Origin: Gemmatimonadales bacterium
GTDB lineage: Bacteria; Gemmatimonadota; Gemmatimonadetes; Gemmatimonadales; GWC2-71-9
Reading direction: 5' to 3'
DNA: 64,000 nucleotides
Assembly: GCA_038321865.1 (NCBI GenBank)
Contig: JBBQFH010000011.1
Coordinates: 4,137-68,136 of the forward strand
Position 1 is the stretch's first letter. Every line of letters starts with the position of its first letter. The translations under genes were made by a program, and so were the position numbers. The notes under the pieces were generated by a model. That model worked only from the letters and a program-made list of their open reading frames with translations. It was not told where the DNA came from and did not search any database. Below are positions 48,337-57,994 of this stretch, piece after piece.

Positions 48337-50988
48337 GTGACGGACACCGCCACCCGGGGCCTCGATCCCGCCGGCCCGGCCGAGTCGGGCTGGAGCGAGG
48401 ACGCGCTGTGGCTCCTGGCGCGCGCCGGCCGGGTGCTCGGAGCGTCACTCGACATCGATGAGACGCTGGACGCGTTCCTCGAGCTCCTCGTCCCCGCCGT
48501 CGCCGATGCCGTGGTGCTGCGGGTCGGCGACCTGCCGTCCGGGTCGGTGCTGGCCGAGTCGATCCGGGCGGTGCCGGAGATGGATGCGGCGGTCCGCGAC
48601 TACGTGCGCGCCTTTCCGCCGACCAACCCGGCAGGCAGCGCCCTCGCGCGCGCCGCCTCGACCCGGGCGGCGGTTGTCAGCAACGCCGTGACCGACCAGT
48701 GGTGCCGCGATCTGGCGCGGAGCGAGGCGCAGTACCAGGGCCTCCTCAGCATGGGCATCGGTGCCGTCGTCGCCGTTCCGCTGCTGCTCGGAGATCGGTC
48801 ATTCGGCGCCATGAGCCTGATGATGTCCCGGACGACCCGCCGGACCTTTCCGGAGGGGACGGCCCTCCTGGTCGAGGAGCTGGCCAGGCGGGCGGCGGTG
48901 GCGGCGGACCACGCGCGTCTCTTCGCGGCGGAGCGCGCCGCCAGGGCCCGCGTCGAGCTGCTGCAGGCGCTCAGCGGGAAGCTGGCGGAAGCGACCAGCC
49001 CGGAAGCCATCGCGGCCATCGCGCTGGACGAGGGGCGCCGGGCGCTCGGCGCGTCGATGGGGCTCGTCGCGTTGCCGTCGGCGGACGGGAGCCGCCTCGA
49101 CGCGCTCGACATGGTCGGATACGAGGACGGCGTGATGGACGTCTGGCGCACCATCCCGCTCGATCCGGCTGTGCCGGTCGCCGACGCCTTCCTCCGGCGG
49201 GAGCCGGTCTGGCTGCACGACGCGGCGGAGCGCGCGCGCCTCTATCCGTCGTTCAGTCCCTTTCACGCACGCGCGGGCTACGTCGCCGGCGCGTCGATTC
49301 CGCTCGTCGCCGGTGGCCGCGCTCTTGGGGTAATCGCGCTGGCATTCGCCGACGCGCACACCTTCGATCCGCTCGAGCGCACCCTCATGCTCAGCGTGGC
49401 GCAGCAGTGTGCGATCGCGCTCGCGCGGGCCGATGCGATGCGCTCGCTGCAGCGGTGGGCCGACGTCTTCGAGCACACCACCCAGGCGCTCGCCGTGCTG
49501 GACGCCGATGCCACCAGCATCGTCGCCGCGAATCCCGCGTGGGAACGGCTGTTCGGCTACACCCAGGGTGAGCTGGAAGGGATGGCGCTTAGCCGGCTCG
49601 AGGCGCCGCCGCGGCGCGAGGAAATCGCGGCAAACGTCGCCCGGGTCGCGGCAACGGAGCATGCCTTCTTCGAGACCCGATACCGTCGGCGCGACGGCAG
49701 CGAGTTCGCCGCGACCGTGGATGCGACGCTGGTCTCGGACCCGGCCGGGAAACCGCTGTACCGCGTCGTGAACGTCGCCGATCTCACCGAGCGCTATCGC
49801 TTCGAGGCGGAGCTGCGCCAGTCACAGAAGATGGAGGCGATCGGACGGCTTGCGGGTGGTGTGGCCCACGAGATCAACAACGCGCTGCAGGGCGTGCTGG
49901 GGTTCACTGCCTTCGCCCTGAAGTCGCTGACGCCGGACCATGCCGCCTGGAACGATGTCGAGCAGGCGGCCCGGAGCGGCGAGCGGGCCCGGGACATCGC
50001 CTGGCAGCTGCTCGCCTTCAGCCGCCGGCAGATTCTCCAGCCGCAGCCGCTGGAGCTCACCGGCGTCGTGAACGATTTCCTGCCGGTGCTGCGTCAGGGG
50101 GTGGGGCCCGACCGCGAGCTGCTGCATCGCTCCACGGCTGCCGCGCCGGTCGCGGCGGACCGCGGCCAGCTGGAGCAGGTCCTGCTCAATCTGATCCTCA
50201 ACGCCCGGGACGCGACCCGCCCGGGCGGCCTTATCGAGATCCTGGTGGACGTGCTGCCGGTCACCCCCGCGCTGCTCGCCGCCGACGCGGAACTCCGGGC
50301 CGGCCAGGTGCTTCCCGGCCGCTATGCGCGCCTCCGCGTGCGCGACGACGGCGAGGGCATGGACCACGAGACGCGGTCACGGGTCTTCGAGCCCTTCTTC
50401 ACCACCAAGACTGCGGGCGACGGCACCGGCCTCGGCCTCGCGGTCGCGCACGGAATCGTGGAGCAGAGCGGCGGCCGCATCTGGTGTGAGTCGTCGCCGG
50501 GCGCCGGCACGACGTTTACGGTCCTGCTTCCCTCCCGCGAACTGGACGAGACGGGCAACGCGCACGCCCGGCGGTCGGGCGATTCGCGGGTACGCGGGGC
50601 CGAGCGCGTGCTGGTCGTGGATGACGAGGCTCACGTACGGGGGTTCCTGCGCCGCGAGCTCGAGGCGCTGGGGTACGCGGTGCGGGAGTCGGTGGATGGG
50701 GTGGCGGCTCTGGCTTGGCTCGAGGACGCGGCGCAGAACGGCACGCGGCCGATCGAACTGGTGATCACCGACCTGATCATGCCCCGGCTCAGCGGCCGGG
50801 AATTCGGTGCGGCGGTCGTCTCGCGCTGGCCGGACGTCGGCTTGCTGTACATGTCCGGATACCCGGGCGATGAGGTCATCCGGCAGGGCATGCTCTCCGC
50901 CGAGGACGCGTTCATGCAGAAGCCGTTTGCCGGCGAGGAACTGGCGGCGCGCGTGCGGACGCTGCTCGATGGGGCGGCTGCGCGCTGA
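48337..50988 (+). CDS. GAF-GAF-PAS hybrid sensor histidine kinase
   Basis: Two GAF domains, PAS, QKMEAIGRLAGGVAHEINN, FFTTK...GTGLGL, REC; GTG start 48337. Confidence 0.92.
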   Translation: MTDTATRGLDPAGPAESGWSEDALWLLARAGRVLGASLDIDETLDAFLELLVPAVADAVVLRVGDLPSGSVLAESIRAVPEMDAAVRDYVRAFPPTNPAGSALARAASTRAAVVSNAVTDQWCRDLARSEAQYQGLLSMGIGAVVAVPLLLGDRSFGAMSLMMSRTTRRTFPEGTALLVEELARRAAVAADHARLFAAERAARARVELLQALSGKLAEATSPEAIAAIALDEGRRALGASMGLVALPSADGSRLDALDMVGYEDGVMDVWRTIPLDPAVPVADAFLRREPVWLHDAAERARLYPSFSPFHARAGYVAGASIPLVAGGRALGVIALAFADAHTFDPLERTLMLSVAQQCAIALARADAMRSLQRWADVFEHTTQALAVLDADATSIVAANPAWERLFGYTQGELEGMALSRLEAPPRREEIAANVARVAATEHAFFETRYRRRDGSEFAATVDATLVSDPAGKPLYRVVNVADLTERYRFEAELRQSQKMEAIGRLAGGVAHEINNALQGVLGFTAFALKSLTPDHAAWNDVEQAARSGERARDIAWQLLAFSRRQILQPQPLELTGVVNDFLPVLRQGVGPDRELLHRSTAAAPVAADRGQLEQVLLNLILNARDATRPGGLIEILVDVLPVTPALLAADAELRAGQVLPGRYARLRVRDDGEGMDHETRSRVFEPFFTTKTAGDGTGLGLAVAHGIVEQSGGRIWCESSPGAGTTFTVLLPSRELDETGNAHARRSGDSRVRGAERVLVVDDEAHVRGFLRRELEALGYAVRESVDGVAALAWLEDAAQNGTRPIELVITDLIMPRLSGREFGAAVVSRWPDVGLLYMSGYPGDEVIRQGMLSAEDAFMQKPFAGEELAARVRTLLDGAAAR

Positions 50989-51043
50989 GACGAATCTGAC
51001 GGTCGCTTCTCCATCGCGCGCCCGCCGCGTCGCCGTCGGCGCG

Positions 51044-51466
51044 ATGTTCAGCTCGACGCTTGCGATAGCGGCGGCATACGGCTCGGCCTTCCTTTCCGGC
51101 GGGTCGCCTGCCTGGGCGACGTGGCTGTTCGTCGGCGGGACCGCCTGCCTGATGGTCGGTGCGATGGTGCTGGGCGCCGCACGGCCGGGCCGCCGTCTCG
51201 GCCCCGTGCTGCTCGCCTTTGCGTTCATCTGGATCGTGATCGTCGGCGGCTTCAGCGTCGTACTGCTGCTGCCCGCGACCGACAGCGCGGTCTCCGCACT
51301 CTGGCTCGGGCTGCCGCCGCGTGCGGCGGTGATCGTGTACGGCATCGGGCTGTTGCCGGTGCTGGTCCTGCCGCTCGCGTACGCGCTCACGTTCGACTCG
51401 CTGACGCTGAGTGAGGCCGACCTCGAGCGGGTCCGTGCCGCCTCCCGGTCCGGCGGTCCGTCGTGA
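51044..51466 (+). CDS. Small membrane protein upstream of the SSS transporter (start could be 50969)
   Basis: About 4 hydrophobic segments; GTGA overlap with the symporter. Confidence 0.7.
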   Translation: MFSSTLAIAAAYGSAFLSGGSPAWATWLFVGGTACLMVGAMVLGAARPGRRLGPVLLAFAFIWIVIVGGFSVVLLLPATDSAVSALWLGLPPRAAVIVYGIGLLPVLVLPLAYALTFDSLTLSEADLERVRAASRSGGPS

Positions 51467-52983
51467 GCGTGACCCGGCTCCTGCTTCAGTCGCGGGCGCT
51501 GCCCCTGCCGCCGCTGGCTCGTCCCGCGATCATCGTCGTCGCGCTGCTCTACTTTGCCGCGATCGCCGCCATCAGCGTCTGGGCCGCGCGCCGCACGCAC
51601 AGCGCCCGCGACTTCTTCGTTGCCGGCAACGGGATCGGCCTCTGGGCGCTGGCCCTCTCCGCCATGGCGGCCACGACGTCGGGCTTCGCATTCATCGGCG
51701 GCCCCGGACTGGTGTACGCCTCCGGGCTCGGCGCGCTGTTCCTGATTCTTCCCGCCGGCATCACCAACGCGATGGGTGCCTGGGTGCTGGCCAAGCGCAT
51801 GCGCCTGCTGGCCGAAGTGCGGGGGGTGCTCACGGTGCCGGATGCCGTCGGCGCACGATATCGGTCCCGGCTGGCGCAGGGACTGGCCGGTGTCGCCATC
51901 CTGATTGCCACCATCGGCTACATGGCGACCAACATCCTGGCGCTCGGCCTCGTGATCGATTCGGTCTTCGCCACCGGGATCACGATCGGCATCTGGCTCG
52001 GCATGGCGATCGTGCTGGCCTATTCGGCTTCAGGAGGGATGATCGCCGGCATCTACACCGACATGGTGGAAGGATCGCTGAAGGCGCTGGCCTCGGCGCT
52101 GGTGTTCGTGTTCACGCTCAAGTCGGGCGGCGGGATGAGCGGGCTCTCCCGGTCCGTGCTGGCCGCCGATCCCGCCTGGCTCGGCCCCTGGGGCAGGATG
52201 GCCCCGCTGGCGGCACTGTCGCTCTTCCTCGTCTTCGGGCTGGGCTCGCTGGGGCAGCCCCACGTGATCCACAAGTTCTACATGATTCGGGACCCCAGAC
52301 GCCTCCGCTGGTATCCGCTCCTGATGACCTGTGCGCTCATCCTGAGCCTGCTGCTGTACTTCGGTGTCGGGTTCGCAGTGAAGGCGCTGGTGTCGCGCGG
52401 CGATCTCGCTCCCCTGGCCCGTCCCGACGAAGCGACACCGACCTTCCTGCTGCACTACACGCCGGTGCTCCTCAGCGCGCTTGTCTTCTCCGGCGTGGCC
52501 GCCGCCATCATGAGCACGATGAACTCGTTCATGAATATCGGGGCCGCCGTCGTGACGCACGATCTGCCGGTCGCGCTGGGGCGCCGGATGCGGAACGAGC
52601 TCCGATGGGGCCGTATCTCCACCGTGATCATCTCCGTCGCCGCCGCGCTGGTGGCCCAGCATTCCGGGGCCGTCGTCGTGCTGCTCGGCATCTTCGGCTG
52701 GGGCCTGTTCGCGTCCACCCTGGTCCCCTCGCTGGCGATCGGACTCAACTGGCCGGGCGCGACGCGGGCCGGCGCCGTCGCCTCCATCGCGACGGGCCTC
52801 GCGCTGACGCTCGTGCTCGAAACCGCCGCCTTCCTCCACCGGATGACGCTCCCGTCCGGCGTGACCGTGTCGGGACTGGCGCTCGTGTCGTCGCTGCTCG
52901 TGTTCTTCGTCGTCTCCTGGGTGACCCGGGCGGGTGCCGCCGAGACGATCGACCCGGACATCCGGCTCGTGATGGATGCCTGA
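51463..52983 (+). CDS. Sodium:solute symporter (PutP/PanF-like)
   Basis: DFFVAG, SGFAFIGGPG, YSASGGM..YTD, GQPHVIHKFY, AAIMST. Confidence 0.92.
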   Translation: MSVTRLLLQSRALPLPPLARPAIIVVALLYFAAIAAISVWAARRTHSARDFFVAGNGIGLWALALSAMAATTSGFAFIGGPGLVYASGLGALFLILPAGITNAMGAWVLAKRMRLLAEVRGVLTVPDAVGARYRSRLAQGLAGVAILIATIGYMATNILALGLVIDSVFATGITIGIWLGMAIVLAYSASGGMIAGIYTDMVEGSLKALASALVFVFTLKSGGGMSGLSRSVLAADPAWLGPWGRMAPLAALSLFLVFGLGSLGQPHVIHKFYMIRDPRRLRWYPLLMTCALILSLLLYFGVGFAVKALVSRGDLAPLARPDEATPTFLLHYTPVLLSALVFSGVAAAIMSTMNSFMNIGAAVVTHDLPVALGRRMRNELRWGRISTVIISVAAALVAQHSGAVVVLLGIFGWGLFASTLVPSLAIGLNWPGATRAGAVASIATGLALTLVLETAAFLHRMTLPSGVTVSGLALVSSLLVFFVVSWVTRAGAAETIDPDIRLVMDA

Positions 52984-52986
52984 GCG

Positions 52987-53934
52987 CTAGTCGATCGGCT
53001 TCAGATTCCGCTCGATCTGCTCGCGCCGACCCTCGAGAAACGGCGGCAGCGACACCTTCTCGCCCAGCGTGCTGACCTCCTCATCCGCCGCGAACCCGGG
53101 CCCCTCGGTCGCGATCTCGAACAGGATCCCGTTCGGCTCGCGGAAATAGAGGCTCCGAAACCAGTAGCGGTCTACCTTGCCGCTGTTGGCGATCCCCAGC
53201 GTGTTCAGTCGCTCCGCCCACGCATCGTATTCCGCGTCGGGCGATCGGAACGCCACGTGATGAACACCGCCTGCGCCCGGCTCGGCCCGCGGCAGGTCCG
53301 GCTGCACCGCCACGTGCAGCTCGGCGCCGGGCCCGCCCGCACCCATCTCGAAGACGTGAACCGTGTGCTTCGGGATGTCGGGGTGCGGATACTGCCGCGC
53401 CGGCCGCATGCCAAGCCCATCCTCCAGCAGCCGGGCGGTCGGCGCGAGGGCGGGGACGCTGAGCACGATCGGCCCCAGGCCGCGCACCTGATGTTCGGCC
53501 GGAACCGGGCTGCGCTCCCATGGATGCGCCGGGCCCGCACCCCCGTCATCCACCAGCGAGAGTCGCTGGCCTTCGGCATCGTCGAAATCGAGGGTGAGCC
53601 GCCCGTCGCGCTCGGCGAGAGGAGCCGGCGTGACGCCGTGCGCGCGAAGGCGGGCGTCCCACCATGCGAGCGAATCCCGCCCGGAGACGCGGAGGTGCGT
53701 CCGCGAGATCGAACGGGTGCCGCGTCCCTCCCGCGGCACCGGCCAGTCGAAGAAGGTGAGGTCGGTGCCGGGGGAGCCCACGGCGTCGGCGTAGAACAGG
53801 TGATACGCGCTCACGTCGTCCTGATTGACGCTCCGCTTCACCAGGCGCATGCCCAGCGTGCCGGTGTAGAAGAGATGGTTGTCGCGAATCCGCGCCGACA
53901 CCGCCGTGAGATGATGAATGCCCTTCAGGTCCAT
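52987..53934 (-). CDS. Ring-cleaving dioxygenase, VOC (MhqA/MhqO-like)
   Basis: [59 protein letters not shown]. Confidence 0.93.
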   Translation of the reverse strand: MDLKGIHHLTAVSARIRDNHLFYTGTLGMRLVKRSVNQDDVSAYHLFYADAVGSPGTDLTFFDWPVPREGRGTRSISRTHLRVSGRDSLAWWDARLRAHGVTPAPLAERDGRLTLDFDDAEGQRLSLVDDGGAGPAHPWERSPVPAEHQVRGLGPIVLSVPALAPTARLLEDGLGMRPARQYPHPDIPKHTVHVFEMGAGGPGAELHVAVQPDLPRAEPGAGGVHHVAFRSPDAEYDAWAERLNTLGIANSGKVDRYWFRSLYFREPNGILFEIATEGPGFAADEEVSTLGEKVSLPPFLEGRREQIERNLKPID

Positions 53935-53957
53935 GCGTCCCTCTTTTGGCCCGCCGG

Positions 53958-54920
53958 TCAGGCGGGTTGGGGGGTCAGGGGTGTGAGTGCCGCCACGATC
54001 TGCGCCCGGCGGGGCTCGAGAAACGGCGGCAGCGAGAGCCGTTCCCCGTCGATCGGGCCGTCGACCTCGAAACCGGGGCCGTCGGTGGCCAGCTCGAAGA
54101 GGACGTGGCCCGGCTCGCGCACGTAGACCGAAGTGAAGTAGTGTCGGTCCACGATGCCGCTGTTCTCGTAGCCGAGCTCGTCGAGCCGGGCAACCCAGTC
54201 GCTCATGACGCCGCCTTCGGGCACCCGGAGCGCGACATGGTGCACCCCGCCGGCCCCGTACCGTGCCCTCGGCAGGTCGTCGCGGACGGTCACATGCACT
54301 TCGGCACTCGGCCCGCCGGCTCCCATCGCGTACACGTGCACCAGGAATGGCGTACCAGCGACCGGATAGCTGCGAACAGGCCGGAGGCCGAGCGCCGTGG
54401 TCAGGAAGCGGTCGGTGGGCTCGAGCGCCGGCACCGTGATGACGGTGTGGCCCAGGCCGCGGATCTGATGGGCGGCTGGCACCGGGCTTCCCTCCCACGG
54501 AAACGCCGGGCCCGCGCCGCCGTCGTCGAGCAACGCGAGCAGGGTGCCTTCGAAATCCTCGAAGTCGAGCACCGCGCGGCCGTCGCGATTCGTGATGCCG
54601 CCGTGGCCGACGCCCAGTCGGGTGAGCCGCTCCGCCCACCACCCCAGCGTGCCGGCGCCCGCCACCCGGAAGGTGGTGGCCGAGATGCTGTTGTTGCCGC
54701 GATACTCGGGCGCGGCGTGAGGGATGTCGAAGACCGTCATGTCCGATCCCGGACTGCCCGCACCGTCGCCGAAGAAGAGGTGATACATCGTCGGCTCGTC
54801 CTGATTGACGGTGCGGATGACCGGCCGGAGCCCGAGCACCCGGGTGTAGAAGTCGTGCGACCTCCCGATGTGCGCACTGAGCGAGCTAACATGGTGAATG
54901 CCGCCAAGCTTGAAGGTCAT
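53958..54920 (-). CDS. Ring-cleaving dioxygenase, VOC (MhqA/MhqO-like) paralogue
   Basis: [54 protein letters not shown]. Confidence 0.92.
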   Translation of the reverse strand: MTFKLGGIHHVSSLSAHIGRSHDFYTRVLGLRPVIRTVNQDEPTMYHLFFGDGAGSPGSDMTVFDIPHAAPEYRGNNSISATTFRVAGAGTLGWWAERLTRLGVGHGGITNRDGRAVLDFEDFEGTLLALLDDGGAGPAFPWEGSPVPAAHQIRGLGHTVITVPALEPTDRFLTTALGLRPVRSYPVAGTPFLVHVYAMGAGGPSAEVHVTVRDDLPRARYGAGGVHHVALRVPEGGVMSDWVARLDELGYENSGIVDRHYFTSVYVREPGHVLFELATDGPGFEVDGPIDGERLSLPPFLEPRRAQIVAALTPLTPQPA

Positions 54921-55396
54921 CCCGGGTCCTCGTTCTTCGTGGTACGTTCCAGTTGCTCCGCGTGGGTGCCGAGCCGGATCAGCAGGGCAACCAGCGTCTC
55001 CCGGTCCTGGCCTGAAAGGACCGAGACCAGCCGGTTCAGGTCCGCCGCGTGGCGGGCGAACGCGGGCTCGATCAGCGCCCGGCCCTTCCGGGTGAGCCAG
55101 ACGAGCCGCACGCGGCCGTCCCGCGGATCGGGTTTCCGCTCGACCAGCCCCCGTTCGGCCAGGCGGTCGACCGCGGTGGTGATGGAGCCCGTGGTGAGGA
55201 GGACTTTCTGCCCGATCACGCTCACCGGAAGCGGCCCCTTGTGCAGCAGCGCCTCGAGGACGCCGAAGTCGCTGAAGCAGAGACCGGTGTGCTCGATGCT
55301 CTCCAGCGCCCGCGTCTCGACGGCGTGGCTGGCTTTCCAGAGTGTGAGCCAGACCTGCGCGCCGGTGGGCGGTCGCGTGGTACGATGCGTCTTCAT
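54917..55396 (-). CDS. MarR-family regulator (MhqR-like)
   Basis: GLCFSDFGVLEALLHKGPL..IGQKVLLTTGSITTAVDRL, DPRDGR, LTRKG. Confidence 0.9.
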   Translation of the reverse strand: MKTHRTTRPPTGAQVWLTLWKASHAVETRALESIEHTGLCFSDFGVLEALLHKGPLPVSVIGQKVLLTTGSITTAVDRLAERGLVERKPDPRDGRVRLVWLTRKGRALIEPAFARHAADLNRLVSVLSGQDRETLVALLIRLGTHAEQLERTTKNEDPG

Positions 55397-55402
55397 GGCC
55401 GG

Positions 55403-55431
55403 AACCTACACCGTTGATACCTTGACGTCAA
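55403..55431 (-). promoter_or_regulatory. Sigma70-type promoter giving a probably leaderless marR transcript
   Basis: Minus strand TTGACG-N17-TAGGTT, then 6 nt to ATG; no SD. Confidence 0.65.
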
Positions 55432-55436
55432 GGTAT
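55417..55436. promoter_or_regulatory. Perfect 20-bp palindromic operator
   Basis: ATACCTTGACGTCAAGGTAT; covers the marR -35 and ends 26 nt before the aceA ATG. Confidence 0.85.
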
Positions 55437-55462
55437 TACTGAACTCGAACCGGGACCCGCAT

Positions 55463-56722
55463 ATGTCCGCCGCCTCTTCCGCGTCCGCATCCGATTCCCG
55501 CTGGGACGGGATCCGCCGGCCCTACACCACCGACGACGTCGAACGGCTGCGCAGCTCCGTGCGCATTCAGCACACGCTGGCCGACCTCGGGGCGCGCCGG
55601 CTGTGGGAGCTGTTGACGTCGCGGGACTACGTGCAGGCGCTGGGCGCCCTCACCGGCAACCAGGCGGTGCAGCAGGTCCGCGCCGGGCTCGAGGCGATCT
55701 ATCTGAGCGGCTGGCAGGTCGCGGCCGACGCCAACCTGGCCGGGCAGACCTACCCCGATCAGAGTCTCTATCCCGCCAACAGCGTCCCGGCGATGGTGCG
55801 CCGCCTCAACCAGGCGCTGCTCCGGTGTGACGAGATTCAGTCGTCGGAAGGAAAGCGGGGCGAGCGGTACTGGTTCGCGCCCATCGTCGCCGATGCCGAA
55901 GCCGGCTTCGGCGGGCCGCTCAACGCCTTCGAGCTGATGAAGTCGATGATCGAAGCCGGGGCGGCGGGGGTGCACTTCGAGGACCAGCTGTCCTCCGAGA
56001 AGAAGTGCGGCCATCTCGGTGGCAAGGTGCTGCTGCCGACCGGCCAGTTCATCCGCACGCTCATCGCGGCCCGGCTCGCCGCCGACGTGCTCGATGTCCC
56101 CACCGTCCTCATTGCCCGGACCGACGCCGACAGCGCGAAGCTGCTCACCAGCGACGTGGATCCGCTGGACCACCCATTCCTCACCGGTGAGCGGAGTCCG
56201 GAGGGATTCTTCTGCGTGAGCGGCGGCCTGGCGCCCGCGATCACCCGGGCCCGGGCCTACGCCCCCTTCGCCGATCTCCTCTGGTGCGAGACCTCGACCC
56301 CGGATCTGGCCGACGCCAGGCGCTTTGCCGAGGGGGTCCACGAACGGTTCCCCGGCAAGATGCTGGCGTACAACTGCTCCCCGTCATTCAACTGGAAGCG
56401 GAAACTCGACGCCGGCACCATCGCCAAGTTCCAGCGGGAGCTCGGCGCGATGGGCTACCGCTTCCAGTTCGTCACGCTGGCGGGGTTCCATGCCCTGAAC
56501 CACAGCATGTTCCAGCTCGCACGCGACTACCGCGAGCGCGGGATGTCGGCCTACGCCGAGCTGCAGGAGGCTGAGTTCGCCGCGGAAGCCGCGGGATACA
56601 CCGCGACCCGCCACCAGCGCGAAGTCGGTACCGGGTACTTCGACGAGGTGACCCAGGTAATCGCGGGCGGCGCCGCCTCCACCGCGGCGCTCGGCGGATC
56701 GACCGAAGCCGCACAGTTCTGA
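55463..56722 (+). CDS. aceA: Isocitrate lyase
   Basis: [54 protein letters not shown]. Confidence 0.97.
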   Translation: MSAASSASASDSRWDGIRRPYTTDDVERLRSSVRIQHTLADLGARRLWELLTSRDYVQALGALTGNQAVQQVRAGLEAIYLSGWQVAADANLAGQTYPDQSLYPANSVPAMVRRLNQALLRCDEIQSSEGKRGERYWFAPIVADAEAGFGGPLNAFELMKSMIEAGAAGVHFEDQLSSEKKCGHLGGKVLLPTGQFIRTLIAARLAADVLDVPTVLIARTDADSAKLLTSDVDPLDHPFLTGERSPEGFFCVSGGLAPAITRARAYAPFADLLWCETSTPDLADARRFAEGVHERFPGKMLAYNCSPSFNWKRKLDAGTIAKFQRELGAMGYRFQFVTLAGFHALNHSMFQLARDYRERGMSAYAELQEAEFAAEAAGYTATRHQREVGTGYFDEVTQVIAGGAASTAALGGSTEAAQF

Positions 56723-56785
56723 CGCCTATCGTCGCCGGGTCGCGGGCGGTACTCTTGAGCGATATCATCCTGTCATCCGGGCGCA

Positions 56786-57181
56786 ATGGCCAAGATTCTC
56801 ATCGTCGAAGACAATGAGCTGAACCGGGACATGCTGTCCCGCCGGCTGATCCGCCGCGGCTATGCGGTCGTGATCGCGGCCGACGGCGCCGCCGGCGTGA
56901 GCATGGCCCTGAGCGAGCTGCCCGACCTGATCCTGCTGGACATGAGCCTCCCCGTCCTCGACGGGTGGGAGGCGGCCCGGCGCATCAAGGCCGAGCCCGC
57001 CACCCGGGGGATCCCGATCGTCGCGCTCACCGCCCATGCGATGGCGGGGGACGAGGCCCGGGCCCGCTCCGCCGGCTGCGACGAGTTCGACACCAAGCCG
57101 ATCGATCTGCCACGGCTCCTGGGAAAGATCGAGGGGTGTCTGGGGACGGCATCCGGTCTGGAGCCCGCCGCGGGTTCATGA
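56786..57181 (+). CDS. Single-domain response regulator (DivK-like)
   Basis: ILIVEDN, LLDMSLP, ALTAHAM, TKP. Confidence 0.93.
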   Translation: MAKILIVEDNELNRDMLSRRLIRRGYAVVIAADGAAGVSMALSELPDLILLDMSLPVLDGWEAARRIKAEPATRGIPIVALTAHAMAGDEARARSAGCDEFDTKPIDLPRLLGKIEGCLGTASGLEPAAGS

Positions 57182-57624
57182 CCGACCGGCCGGCCGACGC
57201 CCCCGACGCGGAGATCGTGTGCCCGGCGCGGCCGGAGAGTCTCGCGGCCCTGCTGGCGTTCGTCGCCGAGGCGTCGGCCCGGGCGGGACTCGACCGCGAC
57301 AGCACCTTCGCCGTCCGGCTCGCGGCCGAGGAGGTGTGCACCAACGTTATCGCGCATGCCTACCCCAACGGTGCCGCGGGTCCGGTGCGCCTCCGCTTCC
57401 GCCGCGATCCCGCGGCGGTGCTGGTGACGGTCGAGGATCTCGGCATCCCTTTCGATCCCGCGCAGGTTGCCAGGCCAGCGGCGGATGCCGCTTGGGAGGC
57501 TCGCCCGATCGGCGGCATGGGCTGGCACCTGGTGCGGGAGAGCGTGGACGAAGTGCGGCACGAGCACCTTCCGGGCGGAGGGAACCGGCTCACGCTGGTC
57601 AAGCGGCTGTCTCCCGACCCCTGA
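57178..57624 (+). CDS. RsbW/SpoIIAB-like anti-sigma Ser kinase
   Basis: EEVCTNVIAHAY (N box), EDLGIPFDP, GGMGWHLV, GNRLTLVK; ATGA overlap. Confidence 0.9.
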   Translation: MTDRPADAPDAEIVCPARPESLAALLAFVAEASARAGLDRDSTFAVRLAAEEVCTNVIAHAYPNGAAGPVRLRFRRDPAAVLVTVEDLGIPFDPAQVARPAADAAWEARPIGGMGWHLVRESVDEVRHEHLPGGGNRLTLVKRLSPDP

Positions 57625-57630
57625 TTCTCT

Positions 57631-57658
57631 GAGCACGGAACCTGGAGCACGGAACATG
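57631..57658 (+). repeat. 14-nt tandem duplication of the translation-initiation region
   Basis: GAGCACGGAACCTG / GAGCACGGAACATG. Confidence 0.8.
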
Positions 57659-57994
57659 GAAGTGAATGTCGAGCAGCGCGGAGGCACGTCGGTCGTGCGG
57701 ATTGCGGGGAGCGTGGACGGCCTGACGTCCGACGCGCTCCAGGCGGCGCTGCATCAGCAGATCGAGGCCGGTGCCACCCGGCTGGTGGGGGATCTCAGCG
57801 CTGTCGACTACACCAGCAGCGCCGGGCTCCGGGCCCTGCTGGGGACGTTGAAGCTGGCCCGGCAGCGGGGCGGCGACCTCCGGCTCGCCGCGGTGCAGCC
57901 GGGCGTGCTGCGGGTGCTGGAGCTCAGTGGTTTCACCAGCATCCTGAAGGTCTTTCCCGATGTGGACACCGCCGTCGAGAGCTTCGGCGCGTGA
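57656..57994 (+). CDS. STAS anti-anti-sigma factor (RsbV/SpoIIAA-like)
   Basis: DLSAVDYTSSAGLRALL phosphoacceptor region; VLELSGF. Confidence 0.92.
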   Translation: MEVNVEQRGGTSVVRIAGSVDGLTSDALQAALHQQIEAGATRLVGDLSAVDYTSSAGLRALLGTLKLARQRGGDLRLAAVQPGVLRVLELSGFTSILKVFPDVDTAVESFGA

